Source: an uncultured Planctomycetota bacterium (GTDB lineage: Bacteria > Planctomycetota > Planctomycetia > Isosphaerales > Isosphaeraceae). Taken from it: a stretch of DNA of 64,000 nt. Location: positions 864,001-928,000 of the forward strand of contig CAWGMQ010000003.1 of NCBI GenBank assembly GCA_963823665.1, in the 5' to 3' direction. The notes beneath the pieces were generated by a model. The model did no database searches. It saw only the letters and a list, made by a program, of their open reading frames with translations, and was not told the origin of the DNA. A program made the position numbers and the translations under genes. Positions 11,237-22,303 of this stretch are shown here, piece by piece (the stretch's first letter is position 1; the number at the start of each line of letters is the position of its first letter).

Positions 11237-12598
11237 TCAATGGCCTCGCTCTTTCCCCCGCCGGTAACTCGCATCCAGCAGATCCACCGGATGCACGACC
11301 TCGATCGCCCCGCCCCGCTCCTTCACCTTGCGGGCGATCTGCATGATGCAGCCCACGTTGCCGGTGGCCACGATCGCGGCGCCGGTCTTTTCGATATTGT
11401 CCATCTTCCGCGTGCCGAGCCGCTCGGACATCTCGGGCTGCGTGAGATTGTACGTGCCGGCGGCTCCGCAGCAGATCTCGGACTCCTCAAGGGGAACGAC
11501 CTCGACACCGGGAATCATCGCGAGCAGCGCCCGCGGCTGGCTCCGGATCTGCTGGCCGTGGCAAAGGTGGCAGGCGTCGTGATACGCCACCTTGCACGGA
11601 AGCGAGCCGCGCGGCGGAATCGGCCCGAGCGCGACCAGGAACTCCGAGATATCTTTCACCTTTGAAACGAAGCGGGCCGCCTGGTCATGCGACTCTCCGG
11701 GCAGGACGTGCGCATAATCTTTGAGCATCGCCCCGCAGCCGGCAGCGTTGACGATGATCGCGTCAGGCTCCAGCTCCCCGAAGACGGCCAGATTCTTCCT
11801 GGCCAGGTCAAGCGCCGGGGCCTCGACGCCCGAGTGGTAGTGGATCGCCCCGCAACAGACTTGCCCGCGGGGGATCACAACCTCGCAGCCGTTCTCTTGC
11901 AGCACCCTCGCGGTAGCCGCGTTGGTCTCGGGAAACATCGCGTCGGCGACGCAACCGAGGAAGAGCGCGACTCGCGCCCGCTTGGGCCCAACCGGCGGCA
12001 GCACCTCCGGCAAGCGGCTGCCCGCCCCGGAGAGCTTCGGCAACATGGCCTCCATGCGCCGGAGCGTGGGCGGTAAAAGTCGCATCAGCCCGGCTCGTTC
12101 GATGAGATCGAGCACGCCGAGCTTCTGCATCCAGCGCGCCGGGGCGATCGCCCACCGCACGCGCCCGGAATACGGAAACAGATGGTGCAAAATCAAGCGC
12201 TCGAGCCAGCTCGACTTCTCATTGCCCTGGGCAGAGCTTGCCATGGCGATTTTGAATGGTTCGATCATCTTGCCGTACTGGACGCCGGACGGGCACGCCG
12301 ACTCGCAGGCGCGACAGTCGAGGCAGAGCTCGAGGTGCTCGCGCACGCCGGGCCCCATCTCAAGGCGGCCGTCGGCGATCGCTCGCATCAAGTAGATACG
12401 GCCGCGCGGGCTGTCGTTTTCATCACATGTCTCGATATACGTCGGGCAGCTCGCCGTGCAGAGACCGCAATGCACGCATTCCTGGTAGCGACGATACGGG
12501 ATCTTGTCCGACAGCCAGGCCAGGTCAATCGGCGAGGATTGCGGAGGCCCGGCGGCCGGAGATGAAGCCGTCGCAGGTTCGGTCTGGGCGAGCGTCAT
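11237..12598 (-). CDS. glcF: Glycolate oxidase iron-sulfur subunit
   Basis: CVHCGLCTASCP, CLDCRACESACPSG, two CCG domains, YHDACHL. Confidence 0.92.
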   Translation of the reverse strand: MTLAQTEPATASSPAAGPPQSSPIDLAWLSDKIPYRRYQECVHCGLCTASCPTYIETCDENDSPRGRIYLMRAIADGRLEMGPGVREHLELCLDCRACESACPSGVQYGKMIEPFKIAMASSAQGNEKSSWLERLILHHLFPYSGRVRWAIAPARWMQKLGVLDLIERAGLMRLLPPTLRRMEAMLPKLSGAGSRLPEVLPPVGPKRARVALFLGCVADAMFPETNAATARVLQENGCEVVIPRGQVCCGAIHYHSGVEAPALDLARKNLAVFGELEPDAIIVNAAGCGAMLKDYAHVLPGESHDQAARFVSKVKDISEFLVALGPIPPRGSLPCKVAYHDACHLCHGQQIRSQPRALLAMIPGVEVVPLEESEICCGAAGTYNLTQPEMSERLGTRKMDNIEKTGAAIVATGNVGCIMQIARKVKERGGAIEVVHPVDLLDASYRRGKERGH

Positions 12599-12695
12599 GG
12601 GGAGAATCGCCTCGGGTTGGTTGTCTTTCGGGGCGCTGCGGGGGTTTCTTCGGTCGCGTGTTGCGAGGAAGATGGGGATGGCTTCCGCTGGGGCT

Positions 12696-13004
12696 CACCC
12701 CCCCTGGCCCCCCCTTCTAAGGGGGGGAAAGTGTCTTGGTGATGCGTTCGTTTGGAACCGATCGTTCGGGAGATGGTTCGGGCGCGGGACGACGCTCGCC
12801 CTCACCCCCCCTGCCCCCCCCTTCTAGAGGGGGGGAAAGGGATTGGCGGAAGCCCTCGTTCGTGTGCATCACCGCGGGGACGTGCGGTGCAGCTTCGGGG
12901 GAGTTCTCGTCGCCGCGCCGGCGCAGACGACGGCCGCTACCACGCGCCGGGCCTGCGTTCTTCTCCCTTCCCCCCCTTAAGAAGGGGGGGCCAGGGGGGG
13001 TCCC
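12696..13004. repeat. Three copies of the palindromic repeat ACCCCCCCTG(G/C)CCCCCCC-TTCT(AA/AGA/TAA)-GGGGGGGAA
   Basis: Copies at about 12696-12730 (+), 12803-12838 (+) and 12968-13004 (-), each with a C7-loop-G7 hairpin. A fourth copy lies at 45580-45612. Confidence 0.9.
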
Positions 13005-13394
13005 CGGCGGCTGACTCGCAGCATTCAGAGCGCGCCGCTCGAGCACCGCTGTACCGATCGCCTTCAGCACGCCATCGAGATTCTCGTCCATATCCGCGTT
13101 CAGAAACCTCATGATCCTGATGCCGAACGAATTGATGAACGCTGTTCGCTTCTCATCGTATGCTCGTGCGCCTTCGCGAAAATGGCTATCACCATCAAGC
13201 TCGATCCCAAGCTTGATTTCGGGCGAATAGAAGTCAATCACGAAAGACCCAACGCTGTATTGCCGACGAAACTTACAGCCGGCCATCTGCCGCCCCTTCA
13301 GGCGTGCCCACAAGATCACCTCGGCCCGGGCCATCTCATTGCGCAGATGCCTGCGATTGTCACCGTCTTTCAACCGATTGAAGACCTCAGTCAT
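12717..13394 (-). CDS. DUF559 / Vsr-like PD-(D/E)xK endonuclease domain protein
   Basis: LRNEMARAEVILWARLK..KFRRQY..VIDFY..LGIELDGDSH..D.KRTAF..GIRIMRF. The C-terminus reads through the repeats. Confidence 0.88.
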   Translation of the reverse strand: MTEVFNRLKDGDNRRHLRNEMARAEVILWARLKGRQMAGCKFRRQYSVGSFVIDFYSPEIKLGIELDGDSHFREGARAYDEKRTAFINSFGIRIMRFLNADMDENLDGVLKAIGTAVLERRALNAASQPPGTPPGPPFLRGGREKNAGPARGSGRRLRRRGDENSPEAAPHVPAVMHTNEGFRQSLSPPLEGGGRGGEGERRPAPEPSPERSVPNERITKTLSPP

Positions 13395-13409
13395 GCCGCG
13401 ATCCACCAC

Positions 13410-14684
13410 TCAAATTGTACCCACAAACCGCCCCGGGTTCATCGCATGATGCGGATCGAGCGCCGCCTTCACCCGCTCAGCCGATGGCCCAGTCAGCGCG
13501 GGGCTCGCCCCAGACGCGAAGCATCTGCTTCAAGTCCGACAGGACAGCGAGAGAGGATCAAGTTTCCGCCGTCTGCGACCGCAGTCCGCCGAAGATCGCC
13601 GATCTGCGATTTGGCCGCTTCCAAGCTTTCCTCACCGATCGCGTGGGCTCGGACAATCCCATTCCCTGCGTGCGCCTGCACGGCCCAGATGCCCGGGGTC
13701 GAGGCTCGGTGACGAACGAAACAACCGACGACGGACGCAGGTTGGCGACAAAACTGATTGCGCCCATCGCGGCCGCTTGAAACTCGATCAAGCTCGCCCA
13801 GAGCGCGCTCGTCTGTTCCTCGCCGGCAATCGTTCAGATCGCCGTCTTTGAGCTCACTGCGAAGCCGATCGAGCTGCCAGCTCACGGTCGGCGCGTTTTC
13901 TTCGTAGCCGATGACGAGGATCGCTTCACCGTTCGGGCAAGCTCCGCTCTTTGCCGAGCGCCCGGGCGGCCGGCGAATTCAATAGCTCGACTGCGATCGG
14001 ACGGGTCTGGGATACATTCAGCTCTCGAGTGCCTCGGCGGCACGGTCCAGGCTCCGAAAGCAAACCCAGGCAATCGCCGACCTTTCCGGGATCGGCCTGA
14101 CCTTCAAGGTGAGCTGGGTGATGATTCCCAGCGTTCCCATCGAGCCAGTCAATAGCTTTGGCAGATCGTACCCGGCGACGTTCTTGACGACCCGGCCGCC
14201 CCCCTTCACCACCACCCCTTCCGACGTCACGAAGCTCACGCCGATAATCTGGTCGCGGGGCCTGCCCGCGCCGAAGCTTCGTGGCCCGCTGGTGTTGGTG
14301 GCGTAGATCCCGCCGAGAGTCGCCCGGTCGGGAAACGGTGCGTCCACCAGCAATCGCTGCTGCTTGACCGGCCAGGATCGCGGAGAGGGCCGCAAGCGTC
14401 ATGCCGGCCTCGACCGTGATCGTCATGTCGGCATAAGGGTAATCGATCAACCGGCTGATCATGCGAGTGCTGATCGCAACCCCGGCACGCGCCGGCGTGC
14501 CGCCATAGTCGAGCGCAGTCTTTCCCCCTTGCGGATAGATCGCCCGTCCCAGGGCAACCTGCTCGCGAACTGCCTGGCATAGGGCAGGGATGTCGCCGGG
14601 TTGAACCTCGGCGTGAGCCATCCGGCCGTCACCAAGTGCGATACGTGCTCCCTCGCTGTCGGGCCAGGCTTCGGGCGCGTTCAA
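13410..14684 (-). CDS. glcE: Glycolate oxidase FAD-binding subunit (several frameshifts)
   Basis: DMTITVEAG, ATLGG, GGRVVKNVAGYDLPKL.GSMGTLG. The C-terminus KAALDPHHAMNPGRF ends with a stop at 13410. Confidence 0.85.
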
Positions 14685-15628
14685 TTCGGTCGCTCCCAGC
14701 CGGGTTGCGCGGGGGGGTAAAAGCGGATGTCCTGGTCCGAGAGGATGCGCTCGACAGCCTCCTGCACGGTGCGGATCGCCTGGATCACGCGCTCGTCGAA
14801 GGCGCCCGGCCAGGCGTCCGTGAGCAAGACCTGCGACTCAAGCGCCAGGCGATAGAGATTGTGCGCGAGGCGACGATTGAGGGTTCTCGCTGCCGCGCAG
14901 CTCTTTCTCGAGCTGTTCGAGTGCCGCTTCGAGCTCCGCGACCTTGGCCGGCGGCACCGCTTCGCCACGCCTGAGGCACGGGAGAAAGCCCGATTCGTCG
15001 TCATCCATTGCTACGTGCGACGACAGGATTTCGCTCGCGGATCGGTCGTTCATCAGTTGCACCATCGGCGTCAAGGTCGCGGGTGGAACAGTGTTTGCGT
15101 GCGGCAAGACGCGGACCTGGAGGCGCTCGCGCTCGGGCAGGCGGCAACGGCCGGCAACGAATCGACAGCGGGCGCTGGCACGCCGGGTGTCGCCGGCTCT
15201 GGCTCCGGATAATACACCTCGACGGCGGGCGGAGCCTCGATGAAGATCGGCGCATCTGCGGGCAGAGCAACCGCGGGGGGCTCGGCCTTCTCATCTGACC
15301 GCTTGTGCCACTCGGCGAGATAGTCCGGGTCGTCGGCGATTTCCTTCAGTCCTTCGAGCGGGCCTCGCCTGGATTCGAACCCGGCGATCTTCTGCCGCAC
15401 TCGCTCGTCTTCGATCGCCCGCATGAGCAGCAGCGCGCAATAATCCTGAATGCTCGCGACTCCGGCCTTCTCGGCAAGCGCTTCAGCCAGGTCGAGGATC
15501 CGGGCCGGCACGTAGAGGATGATACGGTCGAGCTCGGTTCCGGACGTGCCAGGCCGATGGTCGCCGGTCCGAAAGACCGCCCGGAAGCCGCCGCCATCGC
15601 GAGAATCTCGGTCGCTTGGCCACGGCAT
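14681..15628 (-). CDS. Hypothetical protein (two frameshifts; N-terminal ribbon-helix-helix-like segment)
   Basis: ORF pieces 15071-15670, 14838-15107 and 14681-15004 join into one coherent protein, translationally coupled to glcE. Confidence 0.55.
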
Positions 15629-15764
15629 TCCTTCCGAGCGGGATACGAGGACAACACGATCGGCACGCACTCCGCATTCAAGCGCGCTCGATCACGACGC
15701 TCCCAGAATACACGGTTTGTCGAGGCGGGTGAATCGCGAAGTGGGGCGAACGCCAACGTACTGC

Positions 15765-16145
15765 TCACAATTCTAGCGGATCACATAAATGGACCGGAAA
15801 CGGTTCCCACGGTCGCCAGGCAGCCTGCTCCAATTTCCTCTTGATTTGAGAATGGTACGCAGCATTCCGCAAGGCCTCCTTCCTGCGCTCGGCGTCCGAC
15901 CGTAGGGACGCGAAATGATGACGTTTTGCGGGTGCTATCATCGATGCAAGGGACATGCCGCAGACGGCAATAGGCGGCAGGTTTTCCGCATACGATTCCT
16001 CGTAACGCGCTTCAGCAGCGTGCGTCCGGGCGTGCTTCATGCATCGATTCCAGTGCACCCAAGCCAGCCAACTCCAGAGCAACATTGCCGCGCCGGCCAC
16101 CACGACCATCCATCGGCGTGTTGTCATGACGGGGAGTTTCATCAT
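15765..16145 (-). CDS. Small membrane-anchored protein, lineage-specific family (paralogue of 21740-22123)
   Basis: MKLPVMTTRRWMVVVA...VCGM...YHSQIKRKLEQAAWRPW. Confidence 0.75.
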   Translation of the reverse strand: MMKLPVMTTRRWMVVVAGAAMLLWSWLAWVHWNRCMKHARTHAAEARYEESYAENLPPIAVCGMSLASMIAPAKRHHFASLRSDAERRKEALRNAAYHSQIKRKLEQAAWRPWEPFPVHLCDPLEL

Positions 16146-16390
16146 TCGCCTCGCTGCGAGGTGCCGGCCTGCGACGCTCCGTCGGTGAGCATAACATACC
16201 GCAAAGTTGTCTTGCGAGCGATCCTGCTGCGCTCAGGAATGCGAACGAATCGCGAACGAGACATGTTTTTCGATGCGCACTGGAATAGCCAGTGCCACCC
16301 AAATCTTGATGCGTCAGGCTCGAAGCCTGACCGACTACCGGGAAGCGTCAGGTGGAGTTCTCGCTGCGCGATGAAGTCCGCACTGCCAAA

Positions 16391-16483
16391 GTCGCCTTTC
16401 GCTCCGCGAAAGTGCGCCTTTTGAAAAAATACAGAATCGAGAATGGGCCGATCAAGACGTTCTTTCGCGGAGCGAAAGACGAC
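16391..16483. repeat. REP-like inverted doublet
   Basis: GTCGCCTTTCGCTCCGCGAAAG (16391-16412) and its reverse complement with 1 mismatch (16462-16483). Each unit is itself a CTTTCGC/GCGAAAG hairpin. Confidence 0.8.
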
Positions 16484-16498
16484 CATGGTACGCGAGCT

Positions 16499-19006
16499 TC
16501 ATTGCAGCCGATCGAGGAGCGCCTTCGCTTCTCGGAACCCGAGCTCCACGGCTCTCTCGGCATTCATCTTCGCTGATCGACGGTCGCCCAGCCCGAGCTG
16601 GGCCAGCGCGAGATTGAAGCGCAGCCGGCCGCTCATCTCGCGATCGGGCCCTGCTTCCAGGGCCGCCTCAAAGTCGGCCACCGCCGCGCTGTGTCGTGCT
16701 TCCTTGTAGGAGATGATGCCCCGGTTCAGCCGCGCCGCGGCGAGCTCCGGCGCCAGCTCGATCGCCCTCGTGTAGCCGCGACAAGCATCCTGGCTGCGGC
16801 CGAGCGAGTCGAACGCGAGCGCTCGGTTGTAATGGGCGACGCTCGAGCCAGGCTCGATCGCCAGGCAGACCCGGAAATCGGCGACTGCTTCGTCGAGGCG
16901 ACTGAGCCGGAAGCTGCAAAGGCCGTGGTAGAAGTTGGCCCAGAAATCCTGCGGCCTCAGATCGAGCGACCGCTGGAACGCTTCTGTGGCGTGTTCGAGT
17001 CGTCCGATGCGCAGGTTGTAACGCCCGAGCTCGTAATACTCCCACGCCGAGCTCGGCATGCGTCCGCCCCCTCGGCTGGCCGAGGGAGCGGATGGATCAT
17101 CAAGATCATCGCGGCGCGCATCCAGCGCGAAGCTCGGCCCGCACAAGGCTTCTGCTTCATCCAGCAGCACGCGGGCATGCTTCCTCGCATCCGCCAGCGC
17201 GGCCGCCGGCGCGAAAGCAACCGAAAGATCGGACAGGATCGCAGCCAGCTCGAGAAGGTCGGTCCGTATCATTCGCTCCGACTCGTCCGCGAGTGGAATT
17301 CCAGCGCCCAGGAGCTGAGTTTTCCGCTCCCAGACCGCGCGACAGAGGCGCAGCAGTGTCTGTCCCTCCGCTCGAGACGGCAGCTCGACGCCGTACCCGG
17401 CCCGAACCCGGTCGGCGAGATCGTGCAGGTCTGCCGCCAGCCGCCCTCGTTCGGCAAGCTGCAGCTCGCTGCGCAGCGATGCTCTGAGATCAGAAGGCGC
17501 TGGGAAGATGGCGGCCGACTCGAGGCCGCGTCCGAGTGCGCGGATCGCTTCCTCAAATCGGCCGCCGGTGCGGGCTCGCCTCCCGTCTTCCAGAAGGAGG
17601 CGAACCTGACCCACTCGTTGTTGATAGACGACCATCGCGGCGCCGAGCCCAAGGCCGACGGCCATCGCGATCAACATGCCCAACATGCTCCACGCGAGCA
17701 CGCCCGGGATGGCGTCGCCGCCACTTCCTGAAAAGCGCCCGAACGCTTCGGTTGCGCACGCCGCGCAACGGTAAATCGTTCAGCTCCCGACGAAGATCCT
17801 CGGCGAGGGATGCGGCACACTCGTAGCGATCGCCCGACCTGGTCGCCAGGCATTTCCTCAGGATATCAAGGAGGCCTACGCTCACACCCGCGTGCCGTGC
17901 CAGTGCAAGCCGTGAACGGGCCCCATCACGGGCGGGAGCGACCACCCCAAGCGCTTCCGCGAGCAAAAGTCCGAGTGCATAAATGTCCGAACGCTCGTCG
18001 ACGGCCAGGGGAACGGGGCGGCCCTCCCCGATTGCCGTCATCGCGCGCTCCTGCTCAGGCGACATCCAGCCGGGAGTACCGCCCAGCCGGAGTGCGTCGC
18101 GCTCGCCGGGCAGGATCGACCCGCGCGAGGTGGAAGTCCAGAAGCATCGGCTGCCCATCCATCGTGATCAGGACGTTGGAGGGCTTGATGTCCATGTGCA
18201 CCAATCCCCGTGCGTGGGAATATTCAAGCGCGTCGGCGAGGCAAGATGCGATCCACGTCATGGCCTCGACGTACGAGGCCTGCACGAGACTGCGCCGGTA
18301 TGGCCCATCGGCGCGGCGCGGAGGGAGTCGCCCGGGTGTGGCGGTCGATCAGCTTGACGAGAAGCTCTCCGCTGCGGTCTTCCAGTGGAACGGCGGCGAG
18401 GTCTTCCAGAATCCTCGCGAGGCTCGTTCCGCCCAGGAACGGCATGCAAAGCAGTCGAAGGCCTCGCTCCGGGCACCTGTGCTCTGAAAACAGCGGCACG
18501 ATGTGCGTGTGCCGCAGCCGCGCCAGCGCCAGATGCTCATCCTCCTCGTCGGGAATCAGCTTCACCACAACCGGCCGGTCCGCCAGGCTCTCTTCGGAAG
18601 CGAGGAATGTGCGCCCCGCCCTGCCCCGCCCCAGCTCGGCCAGCAGCAAAAACGGGCCCAGCATTTCGCCGGCTTCGGGATAATCGACCAGAGCTCGCGG
18701 CGATCGGATCAGGCGATCGCATTCAAACAGTGCCCGCAAGTCCGGCCCCCAGCGCGGAAAGCGGGAAACGACCTCGGACGTCGCCACGCTCTGTCCCGCC
18801 TCTCGGCGCAGGCAGGTCTCCTCATAGATGAGACGAATGGCGCATTCCTTGTCGACATCCAGCCGGCCAGCCAGCACATCCTCGGCCGTGACCTGTGCGC
18901 CCCGGCCCCAGGCGGCCTCCATCGCCTCAACCTCGCGCGATACCCATCCCTCCCCCGAATCTTGAACGTCGGAAACGGTCATCAACGCTTCCTTACGAAA
19001 GGTCAT
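16499..19006 (-). CDS. Membrane Ser/Thr protein kinase with C-terminal TPRs (frameshifted)
   Basis: ELGRGRAG, VVVKL, HMDIKPSNVLI, LDFHLA, GGTPGWMSPEQ, SDIYALG, a TM segment and TPRs. Confidence 0.87.
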
Positions 19007-19581
19007 CGGTCACCGCGGAGCGCCGGACGATCGAGAGCCGGTGCGCCAGCTCGTAGAGGATTCGCCGCACACTTCCCTCGTGCATCCCGGTCCGTTCGGC
19101 AATCTCGGCCAGCCGGTGACCACTCATCCTGAGCCGGACAACCTCGTGATGGGCCGGCGCGCACGCGCCCGAGGACTCGTTCCCAGAACTCGCGGCCCTG
19201 CGCCTCCTGGCTGGGGCGTGCCTGAGCCCGATCTCGCAGTGAGTGCGACGGTGTGTCGTGGAGCGATCGCTCTCGGTCCACGGCGCGAGCGTGCTTCTGA
19301 TAGCGATCGGCGAGCCGTCTCCAGGCGATGGTGCGGAGAAGCGCTTCCAGATGCGCTCGCCCGGTGAGATTCCAGCCGCCGTCGCGCACCCCACAGACCA
19401 GGTCGGCGAACACGGATTGAACGATGTCTGCCGAGTCCACCTTGGACCTCAAGCGGGGGCTGAGACGCCGCCGGACGGCGATCCTGAGATAGGGCTCATA
19501 AGCGATGAAGACCCGCGCGACGGCCTCGAGATCGCCTTCGTTCAAGCGGCCAATCCATTCATCGAGCGATCCGGAGTTCAT
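18993..19581 (-). CDS. ECF RNA polymerase sigma factor (frameshifted)
   Basis: LRSKVDSADIVQSVF (region 2) and VVRLRMSGHRLAEIAERTGMHEGSVRRIL (region 4). Confidence 0.87.
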
Positions 19582-19609
19582 GGCGAGTTCCACACGCGCA
19601 TCCCAAGGT

Positions 19610-20667
19610 TCAGAGGAGACTGCTCAGCACGAAAAACCGCGATCGCCGAGACGTCCGTGGCGTCCGGGTCGACCGCTGTCGCCAGCGGCGGGTCAATTCG
19701 ACAGCAAATACAGCGAGTGCGACGTCGACGAGATACGGGTACGATCGAGCGAGTTGATCCGAAGGCTCGCTTGAGGGGCCCGATCGGTCAAACAGTCGCG
19801 ACAAACAATCGTCGAGTTGACTCGCCTGGAATGCCGTCAGACCGGTAATCAAGCCCGCACCTTGCGGGGCGGGAAGATTCGCCGTCACGATCGACGCCAG
19901 TTCGTGAGCAGACTCGTTGGCAGGGTCGACGAGCGCGAGTGGGCCCACCTGCTCCGGCGTCGCGCGGTGCATCGGACTGAATCGCCAGTTCGGGCGTGAT
20001 CGCCACGGTCAAGGCGGTGAGGCCCAGAGAGACCAAAGCCGTCCGGGCCGAGCCGGCCCCGATCGCGGTGGGCGGGGCAACCTGCGGATCGTCATTCATC
20101 GCCGGCGCCGGCGGCACCCGGGGCCGACGGGTCGACACCGGGGGCAACCGTGATCTCGATGTCTGCGCTCGCGATGGGCTTCCCCCCGTGCGAGGGCCCA
20201 ACGCCGATTGGGTTTCCGGACGGCCGCGCGATCGCAGGCAAGACGGCGGCCCCGGCGCCGGGTTCGCTTCCCGCAGCGGCCGTCTGACCGGCGGCGGTGG
20301 CGTCTGACGGAGCTCTGTTCGATACGCTGTTCTCCGGCACAGCCGCAGGCGACCCTGTCTGTACGAACGGGACCGTTGACGAAGCAGGTGGCGACGCCAT
20401 CCTTTCCGGATCGGGCATGGCTTCCCCGGACTGCCATCCGTCACCCGGAATCGCGGGTCGCGACGGTGCGGACATATTCGGACCGCTGCATTGCGCGGGC
20501 GAACTCGCGGATAGCGAAGCGACCATCGCCGGAGGCGAGCTCTGCGTGCCGGCCGAGCGTCCGAAGAACGGCGTCATCGGCCCTGAATAGCCGCTTGGCA
20601 GCGACCGTACTTCAAGCGACTCACAGCCTGGGGCAGCTCCAACCCTGCGCCTTGATCCCTTCGACAT
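19610..20667 (-). CDS. Low-complexity putative exported/membrane protein with an LEPRxLL-like N-terminal motif (frameshifted)
   Basis: RRRVGAAPGCESLEVRSLPS, a Pro/Ala/Ser-rich body and a C-terminal hydrophobic segment followed by RRWR. Confidence 0.55.
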
Positions 20668-20911
20668 CACCAATTCGCCCCTGAGCCGATGCTCCACTTC
20701 GTCGCCACTCATCGTAGGCGCTGGCTTGGCCTTCTATTAGTAGTTATCGCGGACAAATGAAGCTCGGCGACATTTCGCGAGAATTCCGCGCACGCTTTTC
20801 GGCACCATCGGCGATTGCTCTCTCAGAAGGGTCACGAGCCGCTGTGGTCGGTATACGCATCCAGACCGGCGGCACGAGACCGCCTCCCTTGCTTCATCAG
20901 GAGAGTCTCTC

Positions 20912-21679
20912 ATGTCGCATTCGAAACATGTCTTTCACGAGTTCATCTGCAGCATGCTCGGCAGCTCACCCAAGCCGAAGCGTCGTCGCACGCGGCAGTT
21001 AACGCCGACGCTCGACGGCCTGGAGGACCGCGTGGTCCTCTCGCACATCGCCGCCGCCGCCGTGCATCACCACCACGCTCATCACACGGCGGTCGTGCAA
21101 ACCAGCACAGCGAGCACCTCGAAGACGGCCGATACGGAGAGCACTTCCACGAGCACGGCTTCCGCGTCGTCATCGAGCTCGACGCTCCAGACGGCGCGCC
21201 AGACGCTGCTGAACGATATCCAGACCATAGAACTTGCCTCCGGCACGACGATCGGCGAGCTGACCGCCATCCACGCCGCGTTCCAGACGCTCTCAAGCGA
21301 TGGGCTCACGCCCAGCAGCAAGAGCGCGCTCTCGAGCTTTGAGAACAGCCTGGTCCAGTCGTACGCCAGCGGGACGACCCTGACCAACAACGCGACCCTG
21401 CTTTCCCAGTTCGAGGCGCTCTACACGACCTCGAGTGGCTCGCTGACCACGCAGCAGACGGCGGACCTGACCACAGCGTATAACTCACTCGCAGCGGCCA
21501 TCACGTCGTCGGGCATCACGTCGTCCGATCTCTCGACGATTGATACAGACTACGCGGCTGTCCTGGCCGCGGAAAGCAGCACGAGCACCGACACGTTCCC
21601 GTATTTCACGCTCGTGACCGGCCAGGCCGGGCGATTTGCCGGCGGATATGGCGGAGGCAACATGCAGGGCGGGTGCTGA
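20912..21679 (+). CDS. Ser/Thr-rich planctomycete extracellular protein with LEPRxLL-like motif
   Basis: RRRTRQLTPTLDGLEDRVVLSH, then a His run and an S/T-rich helical body. Confidence 0.8.
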   Translation: MSHSKHVFHEFICSMLGSSPKPKRRRTRQLTPTLDGLEDRVVLSHIAAAAVHHHHAHHTAVVQTSTASTSKTADTESTSTSTASASSSSSTLQTARQTLLNDIQTIELASGTTIGELTAIHAAFQTLSSDGLTPSSKSALSSFENSLVQSYASGTTLTNNATLLSQFEALYTTSSGSLTTQQTADLTTAYNSLAAAITSSGITSSDLSTIDTDYAAVLAAESSTSTDTFPYFTLVTGQAGRFAGGYGGGNMQGGC

Positions 21680-21739
21680 TCTTCGCGGCTGGCCTCTGAA
21701 CAGAACGAGTCCGGCGGCGGCTGCGCCGCCGGACTTGAT

Positions 21740-22123
21740 TCATCGGCTGGCAGTCGAGAGTGACTCATCCGGCGGGTCGTATGGATCTCGCGGGATGGCC
21801 TCCCACGGTCGCCACGCCGCGCGTTCAAACTTTCTCTTGACGTATGCATGATACGAGGCGGCGCGCATCGCCAAAACGCGATACCTCGCGCGCCGGAGTC
21901 TCCGGTCTTCGTTTGATTCTGGATTTGGCGGTGCCATGCCACAAACGTATTCCTTGAAGTCCGGGTCCGCACTCCGCAGCTCATACTCCTCTGCATCATC
22001 GTGTTGGTACGCCCTCCACTGGCAACGGCGCCAGTGCTCGCGAGCTCGTTCGCCCCATAGCAGCAATGCAGCAACAGCCACAACGACGATCCAACGGTTG
22101 ATTGTCATTCGGGGCAGAGTCAT
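21740..22123 (-). CDS. Small membrane-anchored protein, same family as 15765-16145
   Basis: MTLPRMTINRWIVVVAVAALLLW...VCGM...YHAYVKRKFERAAWRPWEAIPRDP. Confidence 0.75.
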   Translation of the reverse strand: MTLPRMTINRWIVVVAVAALLLWGERAREHWRRCQWRAYQHDDAEEYELRSADPDFKEYVCGMAPPNPESNEDRRLRRARYRVLAMRAASYHAYVKRKFERAAWRPWEAIPRDPYDPPDESLSTASR

Positions 22124-22303
22124 CGAACAGCCTCCGTGCCGGGCGCGCACCATCCGCGCTATGCCGCTGATACCATAATCCGGAAATCTAGCAAGCTCTC
22201 GTTGACTTTTCGAACCCGTGTTACGTCGCGGGCGTAGCCGCAGCATTTGCGCTGTCTGACGGCGTCGCACCAAAGGCATGGTGTGTTCACGGTCTAACGC
22301 CAC

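Noticed and set aside
11019..11240. Small ORF or REP-like sequence downstream of glcF
   Set aside because: No motif and no second copy found in the window.
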